Shown here piece by piece: positions 12,360 through 25,292 of a DNA stretch of 64,000 bases. The notes under the pieces were generated by a model, which made no database searches, was not told where the DNA came from, and was given only the letters and a program-made list of their open reading frames with translations. Position numbers and translations under genes: made by a program. The stretch is from an uncultured Chloroflexia bacterium. GTDB lineage: Bacteria > Chloroflexota > Limnocylindria > Limnocylindrales > CSP1-4. The stretch spans positions 378,131 through 442,130 of the forward strand of contig CAVXPZ010000003.1 of NCBI GenBank assembly GCA_963763775.1, in the 5' to 3' direction. Positions within the stretch are counted from its first letter, which is position 1, and each line of letters starts with the position of its first letter.

Positions 12360-13390
12360 CGCCGGCCACGACCGCCCCTGCGGAGGCCGCGCCGACCACG
12401 GCGCCGTCTGCCGAGTCAGCCGACAGCGCCCGCGTGCGCAGCCCCATCACCGAGCGGGCGGTGGCCTTCGTCGCCGAGCGCCGGCCGACCGCCGAGGCCA
12501 TCGGCGCCGGCCTGGCCGACCACATCGGCGATCCGGACGCGTTCGCCAAGGCCCTGACCGCCGGTCTCCAGCAGCTGGCCGATCCGGAGTATCTCGAGGG
12601 TGCCCAGCGGATCGCCCCCGGCCTCGGTCCGGTCTACGGCGTCCGCTGGCCGTTGATGGCCGCGATCGCGCGTGGCTTCCGCCACGCCACACGGCAGGAC
12701 CGGCCGACGCCGCTGCTCTTCATCGCCGATCGCCTCTTCGATGAGTCCCACCTCGAACCCCGCTGGTTCGCCTTCGGCCTCCTCGAGCGCACGCTGGGCG
12801 GCGAGACCGAGCGGACCTGGCAACTGCTGCGCCGCGCCGCCCGCGAGTCCGGCGACTGGATCACGGTCGATTCGCTCGCGCATCCGTACGGCAAGGGCGT
12901 GCTCGCGGAGGCGTATCGCTGGGCCGAGCTGGAGCAGCTCGTGTACTCCCCGTCGCGCTGGGAGCGCCGCCTGGTCGGCTCGACCATCGCGACCATCCCG
13001 TTCGCGGACCGCCGCCTCGGCCGCGACCCCGAGGTGGTTCGCCGGGCCATCCCGATCCTTGCCCAGCTCATCGGCGACGCCGAGCCCGACGTCCAGAAGG
13101 CCCTTTCCTGGGCGTACCGCTCGATGGCGGCCGTGGACCTCGCCATGACGACCGACGCGCTGCGCGCCGAGACGGACCGCGCGGCCGAGACGCACGACGG
13201 CCATCGCGCCTGGGTCATCCGCGACACCCTGGCCAAGCTCGACCCGGCCGATGCCGCCGAGCTCCGGACACGCCTCGACGGCATCCGCAAGCGCCCCGGC
13301 GCGCCGACGACCTCGACCGCCGCCGAGACGGCCGCCCGTTTCGGCGAGCTGCCCGACCCGGCGATGTTCCCCGACCCACCGCTCACCTGA
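12356..13390 (+). CDS. DNA alkylation repair (AlkD-like HEAT-repeat) family protein
   Basis: GDWITVDSLAHPYG, SPSRWERRLVGSTIATIP and DVQKALSWAYRSMA fit the DNA_alkylation family. ATG 12356 forms an ATGA overlap with the previous stop. Confidence 0.7.
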   Translation: MTPATTAPAEAAPTTAPSAESADSARVRSPITERAVAFVAERRPTAEAIGAGLADHIGDPDAFAKALTAGLQQLADPEYLEGAQRIAPGLGPVYGVRWPLMAAIARGFRHATRQDRPTPLLFIADRLFDESHLEPRWFAFGLLERTLGGETERTWQLLRRAARESGDWITVDSLAHPYGKGVLAEAYRWAELEQLVYSPSRWERRLVGSTIATIPFADRRLGRDPEVVRRAIPILAQLIGDAEPDVQKALSWAYRSMAAVDLAMTTDALRAETDRAAETHDGHRAWVIRDTLAKLDPADAAELRTRLDGIRKRPGAPTTSTAAETAARFGELPDPAMFPDPPLT

Positions 13391-13421
13391 CGAACCTGAC
13401 CACCTGGAGGAGTAGCGCGAC

Positions 13422-15986
13422 GTGACCGACGACCTCGGCGACATCCGGGCCATCCGCATCGAGGACGAGATGCGGACCAGCTACCTCGACTACGCGATGA
13501 GCGTGATCGTGGCGCGCGCGCTCCCCGATGTCCGCGACGGCCTCAAGCCGGTCCACCGCCGGATCCTCTACACGATGGGCGAGATGGGGCTCTCGTCCAA
13601 CAGCTCCTACCGCAAGTGCGCCGCGATCGTCGGCGAGGTGATGGGCAAGTACCACCCGCACGGCGACGTCGCCCTGTACGACGCCCTCGTCCGGCTGGCC
13701 CAGGACTTCTCGCTGCGCTACCCGCTGGTCGACGGGCAGGGCAACTTCGGATCGGTCGACGGCGACAGTGCGGCCGCGATGCGCTACACGGAAGCCCGCC
13801 TGACGGCGATCGCCGCCGAGATGCTCGACGACATCGATAAGGACACCGTCGACTACGAGGACAACTACGACGGGACCCAGCGTCAGCCCACCGTCCTGCC
13901 GGCAAAGCTCCCGAACCTCCTCATCAACGGCTCGTCCGGCATCGCCGTCGGCATGGCCACGAACATCCCGCCGCACCACCTCGGCGAGATCGTGGACGCG
14001 GCCGTCGCCATCATCGACGACCCCGACCTCACGTCGGACGACCTCTGCAAGTTCGTCCTCGGGCCGGACTTCCCGACCGGCGGCACGATCTTCCGCTACG
14101 AGAAGCAGCGCAACGCCCTCACCGGGGAGTGGGAGACCGTCGACGCCATCCGGCAGATGTACGCCCACGGCCGCGGCCGCGTCGTGATGCGCGCGCAGGT
14201 CGCGTTCGAGGAGGTCCGCGGCGATCGCACGGCGATCATCGTCACCGAGCTGCCGTACCAGGTGAACAAGGCGACGCTCCTCGAGAAGATCGCGGAGCTC
14301 GTCAAGGACAAGCGGATCGAGGGCATCGCCGACCTGCGCGACGAGTCCGACCGCGACGGGATGCGGATCTACGTCGAGATCAAGCGCGACGCGAATCCGC
14401 ACAAGGTCATGAACAACCTCTTCAAGCACACGCCGATGCAGCTCGCGTTCAACATGAACATGCTCGCGCTCGTCGACGGCCAGCCCCAGACGCTCCCGCT
14501 CCGGAGCGTGCTGGTCCACTACATCGACCACCGTCAGGACATCGTCCGCCGCCGGACCGAGTTCGACCTCGGCAAGGCGCGCTCGCGGGCGCACATCCTC
14601 GAAGGCCTCAAGATCGCGCTCGACCACCTCGACGCGGTCATCAAGACCATCCGCGAGTCCGCCGACGTCGAGCTGGCGCGCTCGAACCTCATGTCGCGGT
14701 TCGACCTCTCCGAGCTCCAGGCGCAGGCCATCCTCGACCTGCGGCTGGCCCGCCTCGCGGCCCTCGAGCGCCAGAAGATCGAGGACGAGTACCTCTCGGT
14801 CATCCAGCTGATCGCCGAGCTCGAGGACATCCTCGCGAACCCGGCGCGCGTGCTCCAGATCATCAAGGACGAGCTGGCCGAGCTGAAGAAGAAGTACGCC
14901 GGCGAGCGGCGGACGCGCGTCGCGGACGACGCCAGTCGCGAGATGACCGACGAGGACCTCATCGCCGACGAGGACGTCGTCGTGACGATCTCGGGCCGCG
15001 GCTACATCAAGCGGCAGCCGGTCGACACCTATCGCCGCCAGCACCGTGGCGGGAAGGGGATCATCGGCCACGTCACCCGCGAGGAGGACGCGGTCGAGAG
15101 CCTGCTCGTCGCGAACACGCACGATTGGGCGCTCTTCTTCACGAATCGCGGCCGCGTGTTCTCGGCCAAGGTCCACGCCATCCCCGACGCCAGCCGCCAG
15201 GCGAAGGGCATCCCGATCATCAACCTGCCGGGCGTCCAGGTGGAATCGGGCGAGGTCCCGATGGCCACGATCATGCTGCCCGACTTCCAGGCTGGCTCCT
15301 ATCTCGTGCTGGCCACGCGCAACGGCATCGTCAAGAAGACCCCGCTGGAGCAGTTCGAGCGGGTCCGCTCCTCGGGGATCCGGGCGATCACGATCGCCGA
15401 CGACGACGAGCTCGCCTGGGTCGACGTCTCGACCGGCGCGGACGACGTCATCATCGCCACATCCAAGGGCAAGCTGGCCCGCTTCGCCGAGACCGAAGTC
15501 CGGGCGATGGGCCGCGACGCCGCGGGCGTGATCGGCATCCGGCTCGCCCGCCAGGGGGACGCCGTCGTGGGCATGAGCATCGTCCAGCCGAATGCGGACA
15601 TCCTGGTGCTCACCGAGACCGGCTACGGCAAGCGCGTGCCGCTGACCGAGTTCCGCCGCAAGCATCGGGGCGGCCAGGGGGTCGGCCTGATCTCGCTCGA
15701 GGGCCGCAAGACCGGCGACGTCGCCGCGGTCCAGCAGGTCACCGACGAGGACGAGGAGCTGCTCCTCATCTCGGCGGGCGGCCAGGTCATCCGGACCGAG
15801 ACGAACACGATCAACCGCTACTCCTCGTCCGCGCGCGGCGTCATCGTCATGCGCCTGGCCGAAGGCGACCGTGTCGTGGCGATCGCGGCGTTCCGCGCCG
15901 GACTTGCGGAGCGGGACGGCATGGGCGACGATGGCGACCCCACGCCGGGCGGACCCGGGTCGGCCGCGCCGACCGGCGGCGGGTGA
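13422..15986 (+). CDS. gyrA: DNA gyrase subunit A
   Basis: 854-aa intact ORF with [49 protein letters not shown] and C-terminal beta-pinwheel repeats. Confidence 0.97.
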   Translation: MTDDLGDIRAIRIEDEMRTSYLDYAMSVIVARALPDVRDGLKPVHRRILYTMGEMGLSSNSSYRKCAAIVGEVMGKYHPHGDVALYDALVRLAQDFSLRYPLVDGQGNFGSVDGDSAAAMRYTEARLTAIAAEMLDDIDKDTVDYEDNYDGTQRQPTVLPAKLPNLLINGSSGIAVGMATNIPPHHLGEIVDAAVAIIDDPDLTSDDLCKFVLGPDFPTGGTIFRYEKQRNALTGEWETVDAIRQMYAHGRGRVVMRAQVAFEEVRGDRTAIIVTELPYQVNKATLLEKIAELVKDKRIEGIADLRDESDRDGMRIYVEIKRDANPHKVMNNLFKHTPMQLAFNMNMLALVDGQPQTLPLRSVLVHYIDHRQDIVRRRTEFDLGKARSRAHILEGLKIALDHLDAVIKTIRESADVELARSNLMSRFDLSELQAQAILDLRLARLAALERQKIEDEYLSVIQLIAELEDILANPARVLQIIKDELAELKKKYAGERRTRVADDASREMTDEDLIADEDVVVTISGRGYIKRQPVDTYRRQHRGGKGIIGHVTREEDAVESLLVANTHDWALFFTNRGRVFSAKVHAIPDASRQAKGIPIINLPGVQVESGEVPMATIMLPDFQAGSYLVLATRNGIVKKTPLEQFERVRSSGIRAITIADDDELAWVDVSTGADDVIIATSKGKLARFAETEVRAMGRDAAGVIGIRLARQGDAVVGMSIVQPNADILVLTETGYGKRVPLTEFRRKHRGGQGVGLISLEGRKTGDVAAVQQVTDEDEELLLISAGGQVIRTETNTINRYSSSARGVIVMRLAEGDRVVAIAAFRAGLAERDGMGDDGDPTPGGPGSAAPTGGG

Positions 15987-16023
15987 TCCGGCGTGACGGG
16001 CACGTGACCAGCACCTGACGGCC

Positions 16024-17127
16024 TTGGACGACCAGGAAGGGACGCCCTTGTACGCGGACCAGTTCGAGATCTATCACGGCAACTCGAACCCGGGCCTCGC
16101 CCGAAAGATCTGCCGGTATCTCGGCACGGAACCGGGCAAGGCCGAGGTCTTCCAGTTCGCGAACGAGAACATCTTCGTCAAGATCCTCGAGAACGTCCGC
16201 GAGAAGGACGTCTTCCTGATCCAGCCGACGAGCCACCCGGTCAACCAGTCGATCATGGAACTCCTGATCCTGATCGACGCGTTCAAGCGGGCCAGCGCCG
16301 GACGCATCACCGCGGTGATCCCGTTCTACGCCTACGGTCGGTCCGACAAGAAGGACCAGCCCCGCGTGCCCATCACGGCCCGCCTCATCGCCGACATGAT
16401 CACGGTGGCGGGCGCCGACCGGGTCCTGACGATGGACCTCCACCAGGGCCAGATCCAGGGCTTCTTCAACATCCCGGTCGACGAGCTGACCGCGGTCCAC
16501 ATGCTCTCGAACTACTTCCGCCACAAGCGGATCGACGAGCCGGTCGTCGTCACGGACCTGGGCTTCGCCAAGCGGGCCCGCACCTTCGCCGAGCTGCTGG
16601 ACGCCCCACTGGCGATCATCGAGAAGCGGCGTGTCGGAAACCTCGACCGCGCGGAGCTCATGAACGTCATCGGCGACGTGAAAGGCAAGCGCGCGATCAT
16701 CGTCGACGACGAGATCGACACGGCCGGCACCCTCGTGGAGATCGTCCGGGCCCTGGAGCGGGAGGGCGTCACCGAGATCTACGCCTGTGCCACCCATGGG
16801 GTCCTCTCGGACCCGGCCGTCGACCGTATCGCCGCGTCGTCGCTCATCGAGGTGGTCCTCACGGACTCGATCCCGCTCCCGGAGCGCAAGCGGATCCCGA
16901 AGATCACGACCCTCTCGGTCGCGCCGCTGATCGGCGAGGCCATCAAGCGCATCCACCGCGGGGAGTCCGTCGGCGCCCTCTTCTCGAGCGAGGTGTCGCT
17001 GACGCAGGAGATGCTCCTGTGGGAGGATGGCACGGAGGGCACGCTCGATACCCGTGACGAGGGCGAGGATGACGGAGAACCCTCGACGGACCCCTTTCTG
17101 AGCGTCGTACCCTCGGGAGACCGATGA
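16024..17127 (+). CDS. prs: Ribose-phosphate pyrophosphokinase
   Basis: GNSNPGLARKI, YYAYGRSDKKD-type loop (PFYAYGRSDKKDQPR), DLHQGQIQGFF and IVDDEIDTAGTL. An in-frame TTG at 16048 preceded by GGAAGGGA is an equally good or better start than 16024. Confidence 0.93.
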   Translation: MDDQEGTPLYADQFEIYHGNSNPGLARKICRYLGTEPGKAEVFQFANENIFVKILENVREKDVFLIQPTSHPVNQSIMELLILIDAFKRASAGRITAVIPFYAYGRSDKKDQPRVPITARLIADMITVAGADRVLTMDLHQGQIQGFFNIPVDELTAVHMLSNYFRHKRIDEPVVVTDLGFAKRARTFAELLDAPLAIIEKRRVGNLDRAELMNVIGDVKGKRAIIVDDEIDTAGTLVEIVRALEREGVTEIYACATHGVLSDPAVDRIAASSLIEVVLTDSIPLPERKRIPKITTLSVAPLIGEAIKRIHRGESVGALFSSEVSLTQEMLLWEDGTEGTLDTRDEGEDDGEPSTDPFLSVVPSGDR

Positions 17128-17375
17128 CCCTCCAGCTCCACCAGCCCGACGACGAAGGCGGTCTCGCCCCGCGTGTCGTGACCGACAAGAACTGGCGCAA
17201 CCAGCTGCGCTCCGCGCGCTGGGGCCGGGACCTCGACGGTGGGCACCTGCCGGCCCTGAAGAACCCCGAGATGAACCCGACGTCACGCCTGCGGTCCGTG
17301 ATGTTCTGGGCCGCGCTCGGCGTCCTGACGTTCGGACTCCTCGTCGTGGGGTACGGCACCGGCTTCTGGTCCTGA
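17124..17375 (+). CDS. Hypothetical small membrane protein (83 aa)
   Basis: ATGA overlap with prs, strong G/C bias at third codon positions, and one C-terminal TM (VMFWAALGVLTFGLLVVGYGTGFW). No family recognised. Confidence 0.55.
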   Translation: MTLQLHQPDDEGGLAPRVVTDKNWRNQLRSARWGRDLDGGHLPALKNPEMNPTSRLRSVMFWAALGVLTFGLLVVGYGTGFWS

Positions 17376-17424
17376 GCCGTTTCCGGGGGCCGAACGGCGA
17401 CCCGCCCCTATACTTGACCGTCCC

Positions 17425-20378
<2,954 letters not shown>

Positions 20379-20394
<16 letters not shown>

Positions 20395-20987
20395 GCCGGG
20401 ACCTCGTTCGACTCGCGGCCATCGGCGTCGCGGGCGCGTTCCTCATCACGGCCTACACGACCTGGCGGATCATCGCCCAGGGTGACCGCGACGACGCGCG
20501 CCCGGCGGATGCCATCGTGGTCATGGGCGCCGCGCAATACGACGGGCGGCCGTCCCCGGTCTTCGCGGCACGCCTGGACCACGCCATCGACCTCTATCAC
20601 CAGGGGATCGCCCCGCACCTGGTCGTGACGGGCGGCAAGCAGGCCGGGGACCGGACCACCGAGGCCGCGAGCGCCATGGCCTATGCGATCGCGCGAGGGG
20701 TCCCGGCGACGGCGATCCTCGTCGAGGACCAGGCACGGACGACCCTCCAGTCCGTCCGTGCCGTCGGGTCCGTCATGCGCGACGCCGGCCTCCACTCGGC
20801 GGTCTTCGTATCCGACCGCCAGCACATGCTCCGAGTCCTGCGGATGGCGCAGGACGCCGGCATCGTCGGGTGGGGATCGCCCACGGCGACGAGCCCGCTC
20901 GAAGGCGACGCGATGGCCCGCGTCGACGCCACGGTCCACGAACTCGGCGCCCTCGCGATCTACTTCGTGACCGGCGAGTCGCCCTGA
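20379..20987 (+). CDS. DUF218 / YdcF-ElyC-SanA family protein
   Basis: N-terminal TM followed by AIVVMGAAQYDGRPSPVFAARLDHAIDLY, LVVTGGK and VFVSDRQHMLR. Start taken as GTG 20379, overlapping the secA end. The start is uncertain. Confidence 0.7.
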
Positions 20988-21021
20988 CCGTTGCGGTGCG
21001 CGAACCGGACGGATTTCCCTC

Positions 21022-21050
21022 TTGGCGATAGGGGTTTGGCCCCGTATACT
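21022..21050 (+). promoter_or_regulatory. Candidate sigma-70-type promoter upstream of the small Cys-rich ORF and prfB
   Basis: TTGGCG (21022..21027), a 17-nt spacer, then TATACT (21045..21050), in a locally GC-poorer spacer. Confidence 0.4.
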
Positions 21051-21145
21051 CATCCAAGCCTGCCATCCCGGACCGCCCGAGTCCCTCAGCAGGTGTGCCC
21101 CAGCCCTGGTCGAGCCGTGCCCCCCGAGCTAGAGAGAGGGAGTCT

Positions 21146-21370
21146 GTGAAGCAGGTCGAGGAAGCATCGTTCGTCGATCTCATCGCCTGCGAGCGCGACT
21201 GCCGGAACTGCAGCTATGCCGCGGCGCTCGACTGCGATGGCAACTGCGGCGTCTGCCCACATAACGGCTATTGCCCCTGCGTGAACCCCGTCGTCGCCCG
21301 GAGCAAGACCGCGCTGCGGCTCATCGAGCTGCGCCCGTTGCTGCTCCAGGATCTGCAGACCAGGAACTAG
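21146..21370 (+). CDS. Small cysteine-rich protein (74 aa), no family recognised
   Basis: GTG 21146 is preceded by the purine run AGAGAGAGGGAG. By my count about 65 of 74 codons end in G/C, as in real genes here. It has 8 Cys arranged as C-x3-C-x2-C twice plus C-x-C. Its TAG stop is immediately followed by the prfB GTG. Confidence 0.6.
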   Translation: MKQVEEASFVDLIACERDCRNCSYAAALDCDGNCGVCPHNGYCPCVNPVVARSKTALRLIELRPLLLQDLQTRN

Positions 21371-22472
21371 GTGGACTCCGCCGCCATCCGGGACCTGGCC
21401 GAACGGATCCGGTCGACCTCGGGGCGTCTTTGACCTCGAGGCCAAAGGGGCTCGCGCCGACGAACTCGACGCCCTGACCATGGAGCCCGGCTTCTGGGAC
21501 GACAGCCGGGCTGCCCAGAAGGTCACCCGCGAGGCCAGCGGCCTGCGCGAGGAGATCCAGACATGGGGCGACCTCGAGCGCCGTGCGGATGACCTGCTCG
21601 CCGCCGTCGAGCTGCTCGCCGAAGCCCCCGACGCGGATCTCGAGACCGAGCTGGACCGCGACGCGGCGTCGCTCGAGACCGACTTCCGCCGCGAGCGAAC
21701 GGCCCTGCTGTTCTCCGGCGAGTACGACGATCGCAACGCGCTGCTGTCGATCAGCGCGGGCGCCGGCGGAACCGAGGCGACCGACTGGGCGGAGATGCTC
21801 CTGCGCATGTACCTGCGCTGGGCCGAGCGGCACCGGTTCCCGACCGAGATCCTCGACCAGCAGGAAGGGGAGCAGGCCGGCCTCAAGAGCGTCACCGTCG
21901 CCGTCGACGGCCGGCGTGCCTACGGCTGGCTGCGACCGGAGCGCGGGGTCCATCGGCTGGTCCGGATCAGCCCGTTCGACTCCCAGAACCGGCGCCAGAC
22001 GACCTTCGCCCTCGTCGAGGTCCTCCCGGAGGTCGACGACGACGTCGAGATCGAGCTCGACTGGGACGAGATCCGGGTCGACACGTATCGGTCGCAGGGC
22101 GCGGGCGGCCAACACGTCAACAAGACCGACAGCGCCGTCCGCCTGACCCACCTGCCCACGGGGATCGTCGCGCAGAGCCAGAACGAGCGCAGCCAGACGC
22201 AGAACAAGGAGACGGCGATCAAGGTCCTCAAGGCGCGGCTCCTGGAGCGCGCGCTCGAGGAGAAGGAGGCGGAGCTCCAGATCCTGAAAGGCGTGCACGT
22301 CGAGGCCGGCTGGGGCAACCAGATCCGGAGCTACGTGCTGCACCCGTATCAGATGGTCAAGGACCTGCGGACGAACCACGAGACGAGCAACACCGGCGCG
22401 GTGCTCGACGGCGACCTCGACGCCTTCATGCAGGCGGAACTCGAGCGCGGCATCGGCGTCGACGAGGCGTGA
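21371..22472 (+). CDS. prfB: Peptide chain release factor 2, needs the programmed +1 frameshift
   Basis: GTG 21371 opens 20 codons (VDSAAIRDLAERIRSTSGRL) ending at an in-frame TGA 21431..21433. The +1 frame continues DLEAKGARADELDALTMEPGFWDD and carries the SPF (RISPFDSQNRRQTTFA) and GGQ (SQGAGGQHVNKTDSAV) motifs. Confidence 0.95.
21428..21434 (+). promoter_or_regulatory. RF2 autoregulatory +1 frameshift site CTT TGA C
   Basis: The exact heptamer CTTTGAC is present, with an SD-like GGGG 3 nt upstream (tcGGGGcgtCTTTGAC). Confidence 0.9.
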
Positions 22473-23431
22473 CCGTCGCCGAGGCGCTCCAGTACCGCCC
22501 GGTCCGCGCGGAGGAGCTCTCGCGCTGCGCCGAGATCTGGCGCGACTCGATCAACGACTACATCGTCCGGCTCGGGCAATACGAGATCGGCAACGAGACC
22601 GGGCCACTGCTCCGGCTCTACGCCCATCTGTCCGCGACCGATGGTGAGCGCTTCGTCGTCGGGACGCGACTGGACGCGGAGACCGGGACCGAGCGGGTCG
22701 TGGCGTTCGTCGCCGCCCTGGTCCGCGAACGGCTGTGGTTCCTGTCGATGCTGTTCGTGGACCCCGCCGTCCAGGCACAAGGCATCGGGCGGGCCTTGCT
22801 GGCACGAGTGATGCCGCCGGCCGGGAGCGGCATGTCGATGGCCACGGCGACCGACAGCGCGCAGCCGATCTCGAACGCGCTGTACGCCAGCTACGGGATC
22901 GTGCCGCGCATCCCGCTGCTGAACCTCATCGGACTACCGGAGCGGCTGGACGCCTTCGAGCCGCTGCCGTCGGGCGTGACGGCGGTCCCGTTCGAGGCGA
23001 TCGCGGCGGGGCCACCGGACGGGCCCGGGCACCGCCAGTTGACCGAAGCCGTGGACGCGCTCGATCGCGAGGTGCTCGGGGTCGCGCACCCGGGGGATCA
23101 TCGGTATCTGCGAACGGAGTCCCGGCGCGGTTGGCTGTATCGCGGTCCGGACGGTGCGGCACTCGGGTACGGCTACGCGACGGAGGCCGGGCGCGTGGGT
23201 CCGATCGCGGTCCGCGACGAGGCCCTCCTGAGTCCGGTCCTCGGCCACCTGATGTCCGCCGTGCAGCCGCGCGGCGCGTTCGCCTTGTGGCTTCCGGGGA
23301 CCGCCGACCGCGCCGTCGTGCCGGTGCTGCGGGCCGGGTTCCGCCTCGACCAGTTCCCCGTCCTGCTCTGCTGGGACCAGCCGTTCGCCGACTTCAGCCG
23401 CTACCTGCCGATCTCACCAGGCCTGCTGTAG
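22469..23431 (+). CDS. GNAT-family N-acetyltransferase (two-domain, 320 aa)
   Basis: Acetyl-CoA binding pattern VDPAVQAQGIGRALLARV. Its start forms a GTGA overlap with the prfB stop. Confidence 0.7.
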   Translation: MTVAEALQYRPVRAEELSRCAEIWRDSINDYIVRLGQYEIGNETGPLLRLYAHLSATDGERFVVGTRLDAETGTERVVAFVAALVRERLWFLSMLFVDPAVQAQGIGRALLARVMPPAGSGMSMATATDSAQPISNALYASYGIVPRIPLLNLIGLPERLDAFEPLPSGVTAVPFEAIAAGPPDGPGHRQLTEAVDALDREVLGVAHPGDHRYLRTESRRGWLYRGPDGAALGYGYATEAGRVGPIAVRDEALLSPVLGHLMSAVQPRGAFALWLPGTADRAVVPVLRAGFRLDQFPVLLCWDQPFADFSRYLPISPGLL

Positions 23432-23717
23432 CGGAACGCACCGGACCCCACCGCACCGGACCATCGTCCCGGGTGCGCGATGACCCTCGTCACGTTTGCC
23501 GGACCCCGGCGTCGATGGTAGCCTCGGACCGAGTGGCTCCCCTTGCCGTGCCCGCGGACGGAGTCCAGCCGCCTCCCACCGGCGACGTCGGTCGTCGGCA
23601 GCCTCGACCGCGGAGCCGAACGTGACCATCGCCCCCGCACCGCCAGCGGTGCGCTCCATCCGCCACCGGGTCCTTCGCCGACCCACGGAGCAGGCCTCCG
23701 AGGAGCGCGATGTCCTG

Positions 23718-24398
23718 GTGCTGCACGACGTCACGAAGCAGTATCCCAACGGCAAGGTCGCGCTTCGCGATGTGGACCTGGTCATCCCCGAAGGCGACTT
23801 CGTCTTCCTCGTCGGGCCGTCCGGAGCCGGGAAGTCCACGCTCATCAAGCTGCTGATCCGCGATGAGCTCGCCACTCGCGGCGAGGTGGTCCTCGACGGA
23901 CAGGACCTCGCGAGGCTGCCTCGCCGCCAGGTCCCCAAGATGCGCCGCAAGATCGGGATCATCTTCCAGGACTTCAAGTTGCTGCCGAGCAAGACGGTCT
24001 GGGAGAACGTCGCCTTCGCGCTCGAAGTGACCGGGACGCCCCGTCGCAAGGTCCGCCCCGCCGTGGACCGGGTGCTCGCCCTGGTCGGCCTGACAGCCCA
24101 GTCGAAGCAGGTCCCGGCGCAGCTCTCCGGGGGCGAGCAGCAGCGGACCGCGATCGCGCGCGCCCTCGTCCACGACCCGCGGCTGATCATCGCGGACGAG
24201 CCCACCGGCAACCTCGACCCGCTGATCAGCTGGGAGATCCTCCAGCTGCTGCTGCGGATCAACGAGCTCGGCGTGACCGTTCTGATGGCCACGCACAACG
24301 CCGAGGTCGTGACGTCGCTGCGACGCCGCGTCGTGGCGCTCGAAGAGGGCCGGATCATCCGCGACGAGGTCGGTGGCGCCTACCACCGCGAGGACTGA
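23718..24398 (+). CDS. ftsE: Cell division ATP-binding protein FtsE
   Basis: GPSGAGKSTL, LSGGEQQRTAIARAL and IIADEPTGNLD. Start placed at GTG 23718 (LHDVTKQYPNG) downstream of GAGGAG. The track ORF extends further upstream through non-family text. Confidence 0.9.
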   Translation: MLHDVTKQYPNGKVALRDVDLVIPEGDFVFLVGPSGAGKSTLIKLLIRDELATRGEVVLDGQDLARLPRRQVPKMRRKIGIIFQDFKLLPSKTVWENVAFALEVTGTPRRKVRPAVDRVLALVGLTAQSKQVPAQLSGGEQQRTAIARALVHDPRLIIADEPTGNLDPLISWEILQLLLRINELGVTVLMATHNAEVVTSLRRRVVALEEGRIIRDEVGGAYHRED

Positions 24399-24401
24399 CC
24401 G

Positions 24402-25286
24402 ATGATCGGCTTCGTCCTCTTCAGCATGCGGCGCGCCTGGCAGGGCTTCTGGCGCAACGCGGTCATGAGCCTGGCGGCGACCGCGACCATGGTGCTGATG
24501 CTGCTGCTGCTCGCAGGGTTCTGGATCATCCAGACCGGCCTGCTCGCCGGCCTCCAGTTCACCGAGCAGAAGGTCGAAGTCGTCGCCGACCTCCAGGACA
24601 ACATCCTCGACAGCCAGGTGACCGACCTCTCGGACCGGGTCAAGGCCCTGCCCGAGGTCGCCACCGTGACCTACGTCAGCCGCGATGACGCCCTTGCGCG
24701 TTTCCGCGAACGACTCAAGGAGCAGGGGCAGGAGGACCTGACGCGGTACCTCGATACGAACCCGCTCCACGCCAGCCTCGAGGTCAAGCTGGTCGATCCC
24801 CACGTGTTCGGCTCGGTGGTCGAGATGCTCCGCCAGGAGTCGATCGTCGCCTCGGTGAAGGAGCAGCAGAAACTCGTCGACCAGGTGCTGACCGTCACGA
24901 ACATCCTGCGGACCGCCGGGACGGTGGTGCTGCTCATCGTCGGCGTCATCGCCCTGTTCATCATCGTGAACACGATCCGGCTCGCCGTCGTCGCACGCGC
25001 CGAGGAGATCGAGATCATGCGGCTCGTCGGCGCGTCCGATGCCTTCATCCGTTGGCCGTTCGTGTTCGAGGGCGCGTTCGTCGGCCTGCTCGGGGCGGTG
25101 ATCGCGCTCGGCATCCTCGTCGCGGTGGCCGATCCGGTCAGCGCGTTCATGGTCGACTTCTTCCGCGTGCTGCCGCTCCAGTTCGGCTCGCTCTCGCGCG
25201 ACCTGATCGTCCTGATCCTCGGGTCCGGGCTCGGCCTGGGAATCCTCGGGTCGTGGGTCTCGGTCCGCACCTACCTGATCCGCTAG
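24402..25286 (+). CDS. ftsX: Cell division permease-like protein FtsX
   Basis: 294 aa. N-terminal TM, periplasmic domain (VTYVSRDDALARFRE), then three C-terminal TMs with EIEIMRLVGASDAFIRWPF. It follows ftsE by 3 nt. Confidence 0.92.
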   Translation: MIGFVLFSMRRAWQGFWRNAVMSLAATATMVLMLLLLAGFWIIQTGLLAGLQFTEQKVEVVADLQDNILDSQVTDLSDRVKALPEVATVTYVSRDDALARFRERLKEQGQEDLTRYLDTNPLHASLEVKLVDPHVFGSVVEMLRQESIVASVKEQQKLVDQVLTVTNILRTAGTVVLLIVGVIALFIIVNTIRLAVVARAEEIEIMRLVGASDAFIRWPFVFEGAFVGLLGAVIALGILVAVADPVSAFMVDFFRVLPLQFGSLSRDLIVLILGSGLGLGILGSWVSVRTYLIR

Positions 25287-25292
25287 CGCCAG

